A DNA stretch of 64,000 nucleotides from the NCBI GenBank assembly GCA_963663225.1, contig OY760142.1, positions 1-64,000 of the forward strand. Direction: 5' to 3'. This DNA comes from Nitrospirota bacterium. GTDB lineage: Bacteria; Nitrospirota; UBA9217. The position numbers and the translations under genes were made by a program. The notes beneath the pieces were generated by a model that saw only the letters and a program-made list of their open reading frames with translations, made no database searches and was not told the origin of the DNA. Positions 37,268-47,201 of the stretch are shown one piece after another (the first letter of the stretch is position 1; every line of letters starts with the position of its first letter).

Positions 37268-38512
37268 ATGATTTTGTTTACCATCTGCGTAATACTTTCA
37301 ATCATCGGCATCATGCTCTGTCTGCTCCAGGCAGGCGCAGTATATGATACTCTTCTCAGAAAAAAACGCGGACCAGTAAATCCTGACACGGAAATCAATC
37401 CCACCTCACAACCACCCATCTCAATTTTAAAACCACTGAAAGGCCTCGATGACAATCTTTTTGATAATCTAGCCAGTTTTTGCATTCAGGACTACCCGGA
37501 GTATGAAGTTATTTTTGCTCTTCAGGACCGTAATGATGCTGCGTATAAAGTAGCGTCAAAAATCAAAGCTAAATATCCCGATAAAAACATACGGATCGCG
37601 GTCGAAAAATGCAACGCAGGACTCAATCCGAAGATAAACAACCTCATTCCCGCATATCGGACGTCCCGTTTTTCTCACATACTCATCAGCGACAGCAACG
37701 TTATGGTGGATAAAAATTATCTGACGGAAATTGTAAAGCATATTCAGAATCCCGCAGTCGGGTTGGTAAGTAATGTAATCCACGGCGCAGGAGGACGCAG
37801 CGTTGGTGCGCTTTTAGAAAATCTCCACTTAAATTCTTTTATCATAGGGAGTGTCAGTTTTCTCGATAAATTTCTGAGAATGCCATGCGTCATAGGCAAA
37901 TCAATGCTCATGAGCAAAAAAGACCTCGAAAAGCTTGGTGGCTTTACAGCCTTCAAGGATATTCTTGCGGAAGACTTTATTATCGGCAGAGAAATGGACC
38001 GCATCGGTAAACGGGTAGTCCTGTCAAATTATCTAGTCAGCAATGTAAATGAATACTGGAGCATAAAACGCTTTTTGAACCGCCACACACGATGGGGAAA
38101 ACTCAGATGGAAGATCGGCGGATATAAATATTTTTGCGAGCTTCTCAGCAATCCTGTTTTCATATCTGTTTTACCGATTCTTTTCACAGGTCCTACCCAG
38201 CTATCATTATTCTTTGCAGGCATTATAGGACTTGTTAAGTCCGGCATAGACCTGCTTATGGGAAAATTCATCGAGGCCTCTGCGGACAAAAAAGAATTAC
38301 ACAGGCCATCAGCGCTCGCTTATGCTCTCAGTCCTGTAAAAGATTTGATAATAGGTTTTGTATGGTTTGTGCCTATTCTGAGTTCCACAGTAATCTGGCG
38401 GGGAAACCGCTATTGTATCGTAAAAGACTCGCGGTTAATGCCCTGCCCTGAAACCGGAGTATGGTCATGGAAATATCGAATCTCGAACGTCATTCGAGAA
38501 CGTTTTGCATAA
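37268..38512 (+). CDS. Ceramide glucosyltransferase-like GT21/HpnI family glycosyltransferase
   Basis: SILKPLKG, NPKINNL, ISDSN, LAEDF and RHTRW motifs; N-terminal TM segment. Confidence 0.9.
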   Translation: MILFTICVILSIIGIMLCLLQAGAVYDTLLRKKRGPVNPDTEINPTSQPPISILKPLKGLDDNLFDNLASFCIQDYPEYEVIFALQDRNDAAYKVASKIKAKYPDKNIRIAVEKCNAGLNPKINNLIPAYRTSRFSHILISDSNVMVDKNYLTEIVKHIQNPAVGLVSNVIHGAGGRSVGALLENLHLNSFIIGSVSFLDKFLRMPCVIGKSMLMSKKDLEKLGGFTAFKDILAEDFIIGREMDRIGKRVVLSNYLVSNVNEYWSIKRFLNRHTRWGKLRWKIGGYKYFCELLSNPVFISVLPILFTGPTQLSLFFAGIIGLVKSGIDLLMGKFIEASADKKELHRPSALAYALSPVKDLIIGFVWFVPILSSTVIWRGNRYCIVKDSRLMPCPETGVWSWKYRISNVIRERFA

Positions 38513-38624
38513 ACAATAAACACCTTGGTCTTTTCAAAGACGACAAAGAACCATGATGATGCACCATCCGACTCGCTTAACGAGCGTACTTTTTAAATAT
38601 TTTTACAGACAACGGGAGGGACGT

Positions 38625-40478
38625 ATGCTGCCGCAGAACCAGTCGAATCGAATTTTCAATCTGTCTCTCAATTTTAAGGACCCAGTGCAAAACATGCTTT
38701 TTTCTCTGATAAAAAACCCGATAGAACATTTTTTAGCATTTCCGCGCTTGAACAGAGTATATAGCGACATCACATCCATGGAAGACGGCAGATCTTTTCC
38801 GGAAAAAGCTCTGGAGCGCTTGAGTGTGGCATACGATCTGGCAGAAGCGGACCGAAAACGGATAGCTATTTCACACGGACCTGTTCTTATCGTTGCAAAC
38901 CATCCTTTCGGCGGCATAGAAGGCATTATTCTGTCGTCGATTCTGCGTTCAGTACGAAGCGATGTAAAATTCATGGCTAATTATCTGCTCAAATACATAC
39001 CGGAAATGAGGGATTCTTTTATTGCTGTAAACCCGTTCAACACGAAAGCATCTATCAAGGAAAACATCAAGCCAATCAGGGAATGCATACAGTGGCTGAA
39101 ACAAGGAGGGATGCTGGTCGTCTTTCCAGCCGGTGAAGTCTCGCATTTCAATATTCAGAAAGGCGCAATTACCGACCCGGACTGGAGCTCTAGTGCTGCC
39201 CGGATCAGCAAAATCACATCCGTTCCCGTGCTGCCGGTCTTCTTTCGTGGAACGAACAGCGCCGCCTTTCATATGGCGGGAATGGTGCACCCGCTGCTTC
39301 GGACTGCCATGCTGCCGAACGAACTTTTCAATAAAAAATCTAAAAAAATACAGGTCAAGGTAGGAGAATTAATTCCCTCAGAAAAATTGAGTGAATTCGA
39401 CCGGGATGATGATTTGACCAGATATCTAAGGCTTCGTACATATCTTCTCGAGTTAAGCAACAATCGCAGCAAGAAGAAAATTCCGGGGCCGTTGTTGCCG
39501 ATCACGAAAACTAAAACTCCAGAATCTATCATACCGGCACAAAATCCGGTGCGCATGGCCGAGGAAATAAGCTTGCTGCCGCCTGACCAAATTCTTATTG
39601 AGAACGGCAACCTCATGGTTACTTATGCCAGATGTCATCAAATCCCCTGTCTTCTGACTGAGATCTGCCGATTGCGGGAAAAAACATTTCGCGCCGTCGG
39701 TGAAGGAACGGGAAAAGCACTGGATAGAGATCAATATGACACGACGTATGTTCATCTTTTCATCTGGAACAAAGAAACCTGTGAAGTCGTAGGCGCTTAT
39801 AGACTTGGTAAAACGGACGAACTCATTCATAAGCAAGGATTACACGGTCTGTATACCAGCACGCTCTTTCACTATAAATCAGGTTTTCTTGAACGCATGG
39901 GTCCGGCACTGGAATTGGGACGTTCCTTTGTACGTCCTGAATATCAAAAGTCCTATACTCCCCTCCTGTTGCTTTGGAAAGGAATCGCACAATTTCTGGT
40001 TCTGCATCCCAAGTACAAAACGCTTTTCGGCCCGGTAAGCATAACCCGTGAATATCAACCGTTATCAAAACAACTGATGGTCGACTACCTTACAACAAAC
40101 CGATACCAGTCCGACCTTGCTGAATTCGTCCAACCGAAAAAACCATTTCGTTCGAAAGGACTTCGTAAATGGGATATTGACGGCATCGTACGCATGTTAA
40201 AAGAAGATTCCAACGATTGTTCCGACCTTATCTCATATATTGAAGATGACCGCAAGGGCATTCCGATCCTTTTAAAACAATATCTTAAACTCGGCGGGCG
40301 AATCATCGGCTTTAATGTGGACCCTGCGTTTGGTCATGTGCTCGACGGCCTCATCACGGTTGATTTAATGCAGACAGATTCAAAAATACGAGAACGATAT
40401 TTTGGAAAAGAAGGAGCATTAAAATTCACCGAGTACCATGAAGCAATAAATAAAAAAATTCTGGCACCGTGCGCTTAA
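38625..40478 (+). CDS. olsF: Bifunctional acyltransferase (PlsC-like + GNAT), OlsF-like ornithine/aminolipid synthase
   Basis: N-terminal NHPFGGIEG and FPAGEVS; C-terminal RLRE.TFR.VGEG, VGAYRLG, LELGRSFV and LLLLWKGI. Confidence 0.8.
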   Translation: MLPQNQSNRIFNLSLNFKDPVQNMLFSLIKNPIEHFLAFPRLNRVYSDITSMEDGRSFPEKALERLSVAYDLAEADRKRIAISHGPVLIVANHPFGGIEGIILSSILRSVRSDVKFMANYLLKYIPEMRDSFIAVNPFNTKASIKENIKPIRECIQWLKQGGMLVVFPAGEVSHFNIQKGAITDPDWSSSAARISKITSVPVLPVFFRGTNSAAFHMAGMVHPLLRTAMLPNELFNKKSKKIQVKVGELIPSEKLSEFDRDDDLTRYLRLRTYLLELSNNRSKKKIPGPLLPITKTKTPESIIPAQNPVRMAEEISLLPPDQILIENGNLMVTYARCHQIPCLLTEICRLREKTFRAVGEGTGKALDRDQYDTTYVHLFIWNKETCEVVGAYRLGKTDELIHKQGLHGLYTSTLFHYKSGFLERMGPALELGRSFVRPEYQKSYTPLLLLWKGIAQFLVLHPKYKTLFGPVSITREYQPLSKQLMVDYLTTNRYQSDLAEFVQPKKPFRSKGLRKWDIDGIVRMLKEDSNDCSDLISYIEDDRKGIPILLKQYLKLGGRIIGFNVDPAFGHVLDGLITVDLMQTDSKIRERYFGKEGALKFTEYHEAINKKILAPCA

Positions 40479-40526
40479 AATCAGCCGGACTTAATGCCGT
40501 TGTAGATTCAGCAAGCGGAGGATACT

Positions 40527-41369
40527 ATGATTATCGAACAAAGACAATCTTTTGTCTCTCAAAAAACTCTGACGCCTCAGACCACACTGCTGCAGTTTTC
40601 GCAAATAGCCGAAACGATGAGAGCAAATAATCAGGCAACGAGGTCCTCTGTTCTCACAAAAGTTCCCTTCCTTCACGATACAACCAGAGACTTGGGCTAT
40701 TTTCTTTACGAAATTCTCGCGATAACGGACCTGATGAGAGAAGCGTATGTAAACAAAGACATGGAAAGCCTTCAAAACAGACTTGGTCTTTTGAAAGCAA
40801 AAACGTCTAGCTTTGCAAAGACCTTGTCCGCTCTTGTTGACTCAAAAACTCCGGCACCAGCAACAGATCCCCTGGAACTTTGCATTTTCGACATTGATGC
40901 GCTGTTGCAAGAAATATTGGAGAAAACGCAGTTGCTTGTAAGGGACAAACCGGTAAAAGTCACATATATTTCTTCTCCATGTCCTTTGTTAGTTTTTTCA
41001 AATCGTTTTACGATCAAAGAAATTATCATGGAACTCTGTACCAATGCCGCACAATATACAAATCACGGCCGAATTGCCGTCATCCTGAATAAAGACAAGA
41101 ACCGAATCCGTTTTACTGTCACCGATACGGGAATCGGCATGACGCCCGACGAGATTACAACATTACTCGCGCACTCTGAGCCGAGCACGATGAATCAAGA
41201 TGTGCAGCACTCCGAAACTCTGCACCCAGGTATTACCATGGTCTTGCAGTATTTAAAGACACTAAACGGCACCATCGTAATTTCCAGCAAATTTAGAGAG
41301 GGAACTATTGTCGAGGTCGAATTGCCGATCGAATATACCGATCACTCATCGACCCAGAAGTACAGATGA
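40527..41369 (+). CDS. HATPase_c protein with degenerate HisKA domain (pseudokinase-like)
   Basis: NAAQYT and DTGIGM boxes are present; the H-box and G2 box are degenerate. Confidence 0.7.
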   Translation: MIIEQRQSFVSQKTLTPQTTLLQFSQIAETMRANNQATRSSVLTKVPFLHDTTRDLGYFLYEILAITDLMREAYVNKDMESLQNRLGLLKAKTSSFAKTLSALVDSKTPAPATDPLELCIFDIDALLQEILEKTQLLVRDKPVKVTYISSPCPLLVFSNRFTIKEIIMELCTNAAQYTNHGRIAVILNKDKNRIRFTVTDTGIGMTPDEITTLLAHSEPSTMNQDVQHSETLHPGITMVLQYLKTLNGTIVISSKFREGTIVEVELPIEYTDHSSTQKYR

Positions 41370-41568
41370 CGATAAAAAACCAATAACCCACTGAAATAAT
41401 AAAACTTACAATACGATTCTTAAAACAATATTTCCGACTTTTCATATATGCAGGCTTTATAATTAACTGCCTAATTAAACAATAAAAGTACAACTTAATC
41501 GAATCAGAGTCGTTTCATAATTGAAAACCAAGAATAAAATTTACACAAAAAATACAATTATTTTCTGT

Positions 41569-41607
41569 TTAACATAATTTTAACAGTACCATAACAGTTC
41601 TGTAATA
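41569..41607 (+). promoter_or_regulatory. Pho-box-like array upstream of the hybrid kinase
   Basis: TTAACA, TTAACA, ATAACA and GTAATA at 41569, 41580, 41591 and 41602. Confidence 0.7.
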
Positions 41608-41644
41608 ATAAAATGTGATAGTGTCCTCTCGGGAGCGTCTCACT

Positions 41645-42763
41645 ATGAACGAATCAATCCTTATTGTTGACGACGAAGATGATTTGAGAGAATTACTCCG
41701 GTACAATCTGGAAAAAGAAAACTACAAAACAGCTGCAGCTCGAAACGGCAAAGAAGCAATTGACAGCATGCAGCACCATATACCTGATTTGATACTTCTC
41801 GACGTCATGATGCCGGGTCTGGATGGCTGGGAAGTATGCCGTATCGTGAAAAAAAATACAGCGTGGAAATACATTCCGATTATCATGCTGACGGCGCTCA
41901 CGGATGAAAAAGACCGCATAACGGGACTTACACTCGGCGCAGATGATTATATGTCAAAACCCTTCTCGCTCTCGGAATTGCTGCTCAAGGTACGAAAAAA
42001 TCTTGAGCATCGTAGCATTCTGAAAGAACTCCAAACGAGCGAACGCGAAAAAGAAACTTCGTTGCGGTATTTCATTCACGAGATGGGAAATTCATTGACT
42101 ACTATCAGCGGTTTTTCTTCACTTGCGATAAAAAAAAATGGCGAGCAACGACATTTAAAAATGATCAACACTATCGCCATGCACGCGGAAAGTCTTTTAC
42201 GGGATGCATCGCTCCTCAGTCAACTTGAAAAAGACCATAATTCCTTGCCGCTGGAATCCATAAATATCACCGCGATAGCCGAAGAGGTTATCGATTTCTT
42301 TGATGAACAGGCAAAAAGAAAAAATATCGAAATACTGGCAATGCAAAAAAGTCATCCAATAATGATCAAGGCAAATAAAACCGCCGTCCGGCAGGTTTTG
42401 GTGAACATTCTCTCCAATGCAATCAAATATAGCAAGAAAAGCGGGAACGTATGGGTTAATTTCGAAACAACCGGTAACTGCACAAATATCACGATCAAAG
42501 ATGACGGTTGTGGAATATCACGAGATGAAATACCCAGAATATTCGATAAATTCTATCGCGCCGCTGGAAGCGAATCTGTCAAAGGAGCAGGACTCGGTCT
42601 CTATATTGTGAAACTTCTCACGGAATCCATGCGCGGCAAAATAACGGTATCGAGTATGCCGGGATCGGGAAGTACTTTCATTTTAACGTTTCCTCTGGAA
42701 AATGACCCCGTACAGTACAAAAGAAGAGGGCCTGAATTCACGGTCCAAGAATGTCGACTATAA
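41645..42763 (+). CDS. Hybrid receiver-histidine kinase (PhoB-like REC + HisKA/HATPase)
   Basis: ILIVDDE...LRYNLEKE...LLDVMMP...GADDYMSKPF, then IHEMGNSL, NAIKYS, DDGCGI and GAGLGL. Confidence 0.9.
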   Translation: MNESILIVDDEDDLRELLRYNLEKENYKTAAARNGKEAIDSMQHHIPDLILLDVMMPGLDGWEVCRIVKKNTAWKYIPIIMLTALTDEKDRITGLTLGADDYMSKPFSLSELLLKVRKNLEHRSILKELQTSEREKETSLRYFIHEMGNSLTTISGFSSLAIKKNGEQRHLKMINTIAMHAESLLRDASLLSQLEKDHNSLPLESINITAIAEEVIDFFDEQAKRKNIEILAMQKSHPIMIKANKTAVRQVLVNILSNAIKYSKKSGNVWVNFETTGNCTNITIKDDGCGISRDEIPRIFDKFYRAAGSESVKGAGLGLYIVKLLTESMRGKITVSSMPGSGSTFILTFPLENDPVQYKRRGPEFTVQECRL

Positions 42764-42865
42764 ACAATCCAAGATAAGTCTTAATACAATGTACAAGACA
42801 ATCGCATCGATAAATAAAGTCCTCGTACCTGAAACAATCCAGATTCAGCAAACCATGGAGGACCC

Positions 42866-44071
42866 GTGCCGCCAGAATTTGTAATAGACAACATACTTCC
42901 CGTTGGAAAACTGATCGTTTCAGATGATCATGTTCCTCCGCACGACAGTGTAACAAACATCGCGGAAAAATTTTTCAGCACGACCGACCTGGAAGCAATA
43001 GCAATTGTTAATGAAAACAGGCCGGTAGGACTCATCACACGGACCAAACTGCTGTTTACTCTTTTTCGAAGATTCGGTTTTGAACTCTACGGCAAACACT
43101 CAATCATTACGCTCGCAGAAAGAAACCCTCTTATTGTGCCTGAAAACATGGCGCTCAATGAAGTCATTGATATGGCCCTCGAACGGCCCACTCAAGACAT
43201 CTACGATGAAATTATTGTTACGCATGATAACGGAATCTTTCGTGGTCTTTTATCCGTAAAGCAGCTTGTAATACAACAGAGCAACGCACTTGCAAGCAGT
43301 ATTTTGCAAAAAGAAATTGCGAGTGCGCGCGCGCAAGAGCTTGAAAAAATGAGCCAGATAAAGTCGCAATTTCTCGCCAACGTTACTCATGAACTCCGGT
43401 CACCTGTAAATGCCATTCTTGGGCTGGCAGAATTGCTCCGTATGGCGGCTGAAAAAAACTCCATCGAACAAATTAAGGAGCGACTCTCGTTTATGATTAC
43501 CAGTGCAACAAATCTCAGAACAATTATCACCAATATTCTCGATTTGTCGAAGATTGAAGCGGGCAAAATGACCGTTCTGTATCAACCGGTCGATGTTTCA
43601 GCTCTCATAGAGGAAATCGCTCAGACAACGCGTATTCTTATCGGCAACAAACCGGTGAATGTTATTACTACTTCCTCTCCCGGATTTATCACCATTGTTA
43701 CGGATTCTGTCAAACTACGGCAGATTCTTACGAACCTTATAAGTAACGCAGCCAAGTTCACTGAAGCCGGCACTATTACCATAAGGGTAATCATGCAAGG
43801 CGACACTCTGGAAATTTCGATAACCGACACGGGCATCGGCATTAAAGAAGAACATCTTATAAACCTTTTTACCGCTTTCACACAGGTGGAAGACGCAAAA
43901 ACGAAGCAATATGAAGGAACCGGACTAGGATTAACAATCAGCAAAAACCTTGTCGGACTAATCGGCGGATCTATTGCCGTATCCAGCACATTTGGCACGG
44001 GAACTATTTTTACAGTAACACTTCCATTTCAAAACGACAAGAAGCAGGAAGATATCCACTATGAACTATAA
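42866..44071 (+). CDS. Cytoplasmic CBS-domain sensor histidine kinase
   Basis: N-terminal CBS pair (PVGLITR; GIFRGLLSVKQL); FLANVTHELRSP, NAAKFT, DTGIGI and GTGLGL; no TM segment. Confidence 0.88.
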   Translation: MPPEFVIDNILPVGKLIVSDDHVPPHDSVTNIAEKFFSTTDLEAIAIVNENRPVGLITRTKLLFTLFRRFGFELYGKHSIITLAERNPLIVPENMALNEVIDMALERPTQDIYDEIIVTHDNGIFRGLLSVKQLVIQQSNALASSILQKEIASARAQELEKMSQIKSQFLANVTHELRSPVNAILGLAELLRMAAEKNSIEQIKERLSFMITSATNLRTIITNILDLSKIEAGKMTVLYQPVDVSALIEEIAQTTRILIGNKPVNVITTSSPGFITIVTDSVKLRQILTNLISNAAKFTEAGTITIRVIMQGDTLEISITDTGIGIKEEHLINLFTAFTQVEDAKTKQYEGTGLGLTISKNLVGLIGGSIAVSSTFGTGTIFTVTLPFQNDKKQEDIHYEL

Positions 44072-44423
44072 CAAGAAAAAAATACTGGTAATTGATGATG
44101 ACGAACTACATCTTTATACAACCAGTGAATTGCTCCAGGACGAACAATGGCTGGTGTTTACCCACAAAAGCAACCATGGAATAGGAGTAACGACCCTGGT
44201 AAAAGAGCTGCAACCGGATCTCATACTGCTTGATGTCAACATGCCGGGACTTTCGGGCGACCAGCTGGCAAAACTTCTTCGCTGGCGTGCATCGTTCATA
44301 TTCTATTCTTCGAACGATGAAGACAGTCTTCGTGATTATGCCGTGCGATATGGAGCGAAAGGCTATATCTGCAAGGGATGCATAGGAGAACTGAAAAAGA
44401 AAGTTAAAAGTATTCTCCAGTAG
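44061..44423 (+). CDS. Single-domain response regulator
   Basis: ILVIDDD, LLDVNMP and YICK. Confidence 0.9.
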   Translation: MNYNKKKILVIDDDELHLYTTSELLQDEQWLVFTHKSNHGIGVTTLVKELQPDLILLDVNMPGLSGDQLAKLLRWRASFIFYSSNDEDSLRDYAVRYGAKGYICKGCIGELKKKVKSILQ

Positions 44424-44495
44424 CCGCGCCGAAACTTGCACAACCATATACCTTTCTACGATTATTGATGGACAGGATGTGGAGGTAAACGGGCC

Positions 44496-44903
44496 ATGAA
44501 TGCTGATTGGGATGCAAGGAACGGTCATCAAGCTAAAAAAAAGATATTTGTAGTTGATGATGATGAAGTGCATCTCGATATCGTCAAAGAGCTGGTAGAG
44601 GACGAAACTATTGAGGTAGTCACCCATCATAATGGATTCGGTGCGGTCAATCGTATATTGGATATACAACCGGATCTGGTACTGCTCGATATAAATATGC
44701 CGGGAATATCGGGCGATAAACTTGCAGCACTGCTGCGTTCCAATCGTGAAACAAATCGAGTTCCCATCGTATTTTATTCTTCCAATGATGAATGCAGTTT
44801 GAGGGAAATTGTTTCAGTCTGCAATGTCCAAGGATATATTTGTAAGGGTGATATCGTCAACCTCCGGCAGCACATTAATCAATATCTCAAAAGCGCTTTC
44901 TGA
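44496..44903 (+). CDS. Single-domain response regulator (paralogue of the upstream gene)
   Basis: VVDDD, LLDINMP, FYSSNDE and YICKG. Confidence 0.9.
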   Translation: MNADWDARNGHQAKKKIFVVDDDEVHLDIVKELVEDETIEVVTHHNGFGAVNRILDIQPDLVLLDINMPGISGDKLAALLRSNRETNRVPIVFYSSNDECSLREIVSVCNVQGYICKGDIVNLRQHINQYLKSAF

Positions 44904-44982
44904 GTTCTTAAAACAAAAGCAATGCCTGACCGGTGTCGGTGCTGTGATACAATTATTCTTATCAAACTTCATTTTTATAAAA

Positions 44983-45011
44983 TTGTAATGGAACTGTAAC
45001 ATAATTGTAAT
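44983..45011 (+). promoter_or_regulatory. Pho box upstream of pstS
   Basis: TTGTAAT, CTGTAAC and TTGTAAT at 44983, 44994 and 45005; resembles the E. coli CTGTCAT-N4 unit. Confidence 0.85.
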
Positions 45012-45061
45012 AATTCAATTGTATGTTTATGTCAGCTATTTAACAATAAGGAGGAGTACTG

Positions 45062-46084
45062 ATGAAAAAAATTGCAATATTGACCTTAAGTGCAGTGATG
45101 TTGGTGACGTTTATGTTGATGACGGCCATAGTACATGCGGAAGAAACATTAAATGGCGCCGGGGCTTCATTTCCTGCGCCTTTATACTCAGCATGGGCGC
45201 ATGAATACAACAAAATAACAGGTACCAAGCTTAACTATCAGTCCGTCGGGTCCGGTGCAGGACAGCGCCAGATTGTCGAACGGACCGTGGACTTCGGCGC
45301 TTCAGACGATCCGCTGGAGTCAACAAAGCTGAAGAAAGACAATCTGATTCAATTCCCAACCGTTATCGGCGGCATCACCCCGGTCATTAACATCAAAGGC
45401 ATCAAGTCGGGCCAGCTAAAACTCGATTCAGCTGTATTGGCCAAAATTTTTCTCGGTGAAATCAAAAAATGGGACGATGCGCAGATCAAGAAGCTTAATC
45501 CCGGCCTGACACTGCCGTCAGCTGACATCACCGTTGTTCACCGCTCTGACGGATCAGGCACAACGGCAATCTATACACACTATCTTGCTGATTCTTCGGC
45601 AGAATGGAAAAGCAAAGTTGGAGAAGGAAAATCCGTGTCATGGCCCGTTGGCATCGGCGGCAAGGGCAATGAAGGCGTCGCCAATTATGTAAAACAGACA
45701 AACAATTCCATCGGCTATGTTGAATTTGCCTATGCAAAGCAAAACAATCTCGTGTATGTGATGCTCAAGAATTCCGCCGGCAAGTTTGTTGAACCGACCT
45801 TCGAGTCCTTTGAAGATGCGGCTGCCTCAGGAAATTTTGATCCCGCCAAGGATTTCTATGTCTGGCTTACCAATTCTCCGGGCAAAAAATCGTGGCCCAT
45901 TGCAGGCGCGACCTTTATTCTGATGGCAAAAGACAAAAAAGACGCAAATGTTAAAACCGCAAAATTTTTCGACTGGGCTTATGCAAACGGCAATCCGACA
46001 GCTAAAAAACTGATTTACATCCCGCTGCCGAAACCGTTGCAGGAGAAGGTCAAAGCCTATTGGAAGGCAAACGGAATTCAGTAA
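45062..46084 (+). CDS. pstS: Phosphate ABC transporter substrate-binding protein
   Basis: GAGASFP, GSGAG, DFGASD and RSDGSGTT; signal peptide. Confidence 0.97.
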   Translation: MKKIAILTLSAVMLVTFMLMTAIVHAEETLNGAGASFPAPLYSAWAHEYNKITGTKLNYQSVGSGAGQRQIVERTVDFGASDDPLESTKLKKDNLIQFPTVIGGITPVINIKGIKSGQLKLDSAVLAKIFLGEIKKWDDAQIKKLNPGLTLPSADITVVHRSDGSGTTAIYTHYLADSSAEWKSKVGEGKSVSWPVGIGGKGNEGVANYVKQTNNSIGYVEFAYAKQNNLVYVMLKNSAGKFVEPTFESFEDAAASGNFDPAKDFYVWLTNSPGKKSWPIAGATFILMAKDKKDANVKTAKFFDWAYANGNPTAKKLIYIPLPKPLQEKVKAYWKANGIQ

Positions 46085-46121
46085 ACCCGGCAGCTAAATT
46101 ACTACTCTGTTTGACTCTCTT

Positions 46122-46160
46122 GGGTCAGATAGCTATAATTTACTATCTGACCCTTTTTTT
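46122..46160 (+). terminator. Terminator/stabilising hairpin after pstS
   Basis: GGGTCAGATAG...CTATCTGACCC followed by T7. Confidence 0.8.
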
Positions 46161-46214
46161 ACTTATCAGGTAAATCCTTAAGTCGCAGACTTTTTTTTAC
46201 AGGAGTCAGGTTCG

Positions 46215-47156
46215 TTGGCAATTATACCTAAAAAAAATCCCTGGGATTTTGCTTTTTCAGTCCTTACTGCCATTGCATCGCTTTCGGTAATTCTGATCAT
46301 ACTCGGCATCTTCTGGATATTGATTCATGAATCCTCCCCGGCAATCAACAAATTCGGCATTCTTAATTTTCTGACATCCACCGACTGGAATCCCGTCAGG
46401 GAAAGTTTCGGTGCAGCCACGAATATTTACGGCACCTTCATCACGACGGGACTTTCTCTCCTCATTGCGGTCCCCACCGCGATCGGCATTGCCATATTCG
46501 TGACGGAAATTGCTCCGAATGTCCTAAAAAGCCCCATCGGCATCGCGATCGAACTGCTTGCGGCCATCCCGAGCATTATCTATGGCATGTGGGGCCTTTT
46601 CACGCTGGCGCCGATAATGAGCAAATACATAGAGCCCGCCCTACAAAACACTATCGGTCAGCTTCCCGTGTTTGAAATTCTTTTCCGCGGCACTCCGCTC
46701 GGCATCGATATTCTGACCGCAAGCGTCATCTTGAGCATCATGATCATACCATTCACCGCCAGCATTGCCAGAGATTCATTCAACCTCACGCCGTCGGTGG
46801 TAAAGGAATCTGCTTACGCTGTCGGCGCGACACAGTGGGAAGTGGTAAAGAATATCGTACTCCCCTACTCCAAATTAGGCGTGTTCGGCGGGGTGGTGCT
46901 CTCTCTCGGCAGAGCGCTTGGTGAAACCATGGCCGTGGCTTTTGTTCTCGGCAACAATCATAAAATCGCCACATCATTTTTCGATGCGGCCGCGACCATT
47001 ACCGTAACTCTGGCAAACGAATTTACCGAGGCTGACAATGATGTGTACCTGTCTGCCCTTTTTTATCTTGCACTCGTGCTGTTCTTAATGAGCTTTATCA
47101 CCCTTGCGATTGCGAAATTATTCCTGATCAAAGCGGAAAAAAAATATTCACGATAA
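46215..47156 (+). CDS. pstC: Phosphate ABC permease PstC
   Basis: ELLAAIPSIIYGMWG and GRALGETMAV. Confidence 0.96.
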   Translation: MAIIPKKNPWDFAFSVLTAIASLSVILIILGIFWILIHESSPAINKFGILNFLTSTDWNPVRESFGAATNIYGTFITTGLSLLIAVPTAIGIAIFVTEIAPNVLKSPIGIAIELLAAIPSIIYGMWGLFTLAPIMSKYIEPALQNTIGQLPVFEILFRGTPLGIDILTASVILSIMIIPFTASIARDSFNLTPSVVKESAYAVGATQWEVVKNIVLPYSKLGVFGGVVLSLGRALGETMAVAFVLGNNHKIATSFFDAAATITVTLANEFTEADNDVYLSALFYLALVLFLMSFITLAIAKLFLIKAEKKYSR

Positions 47157-47201
47157 AACAGGTATGCCATACTGGACTCAGCTTTCATTTTCTCAGATGA
47201 T

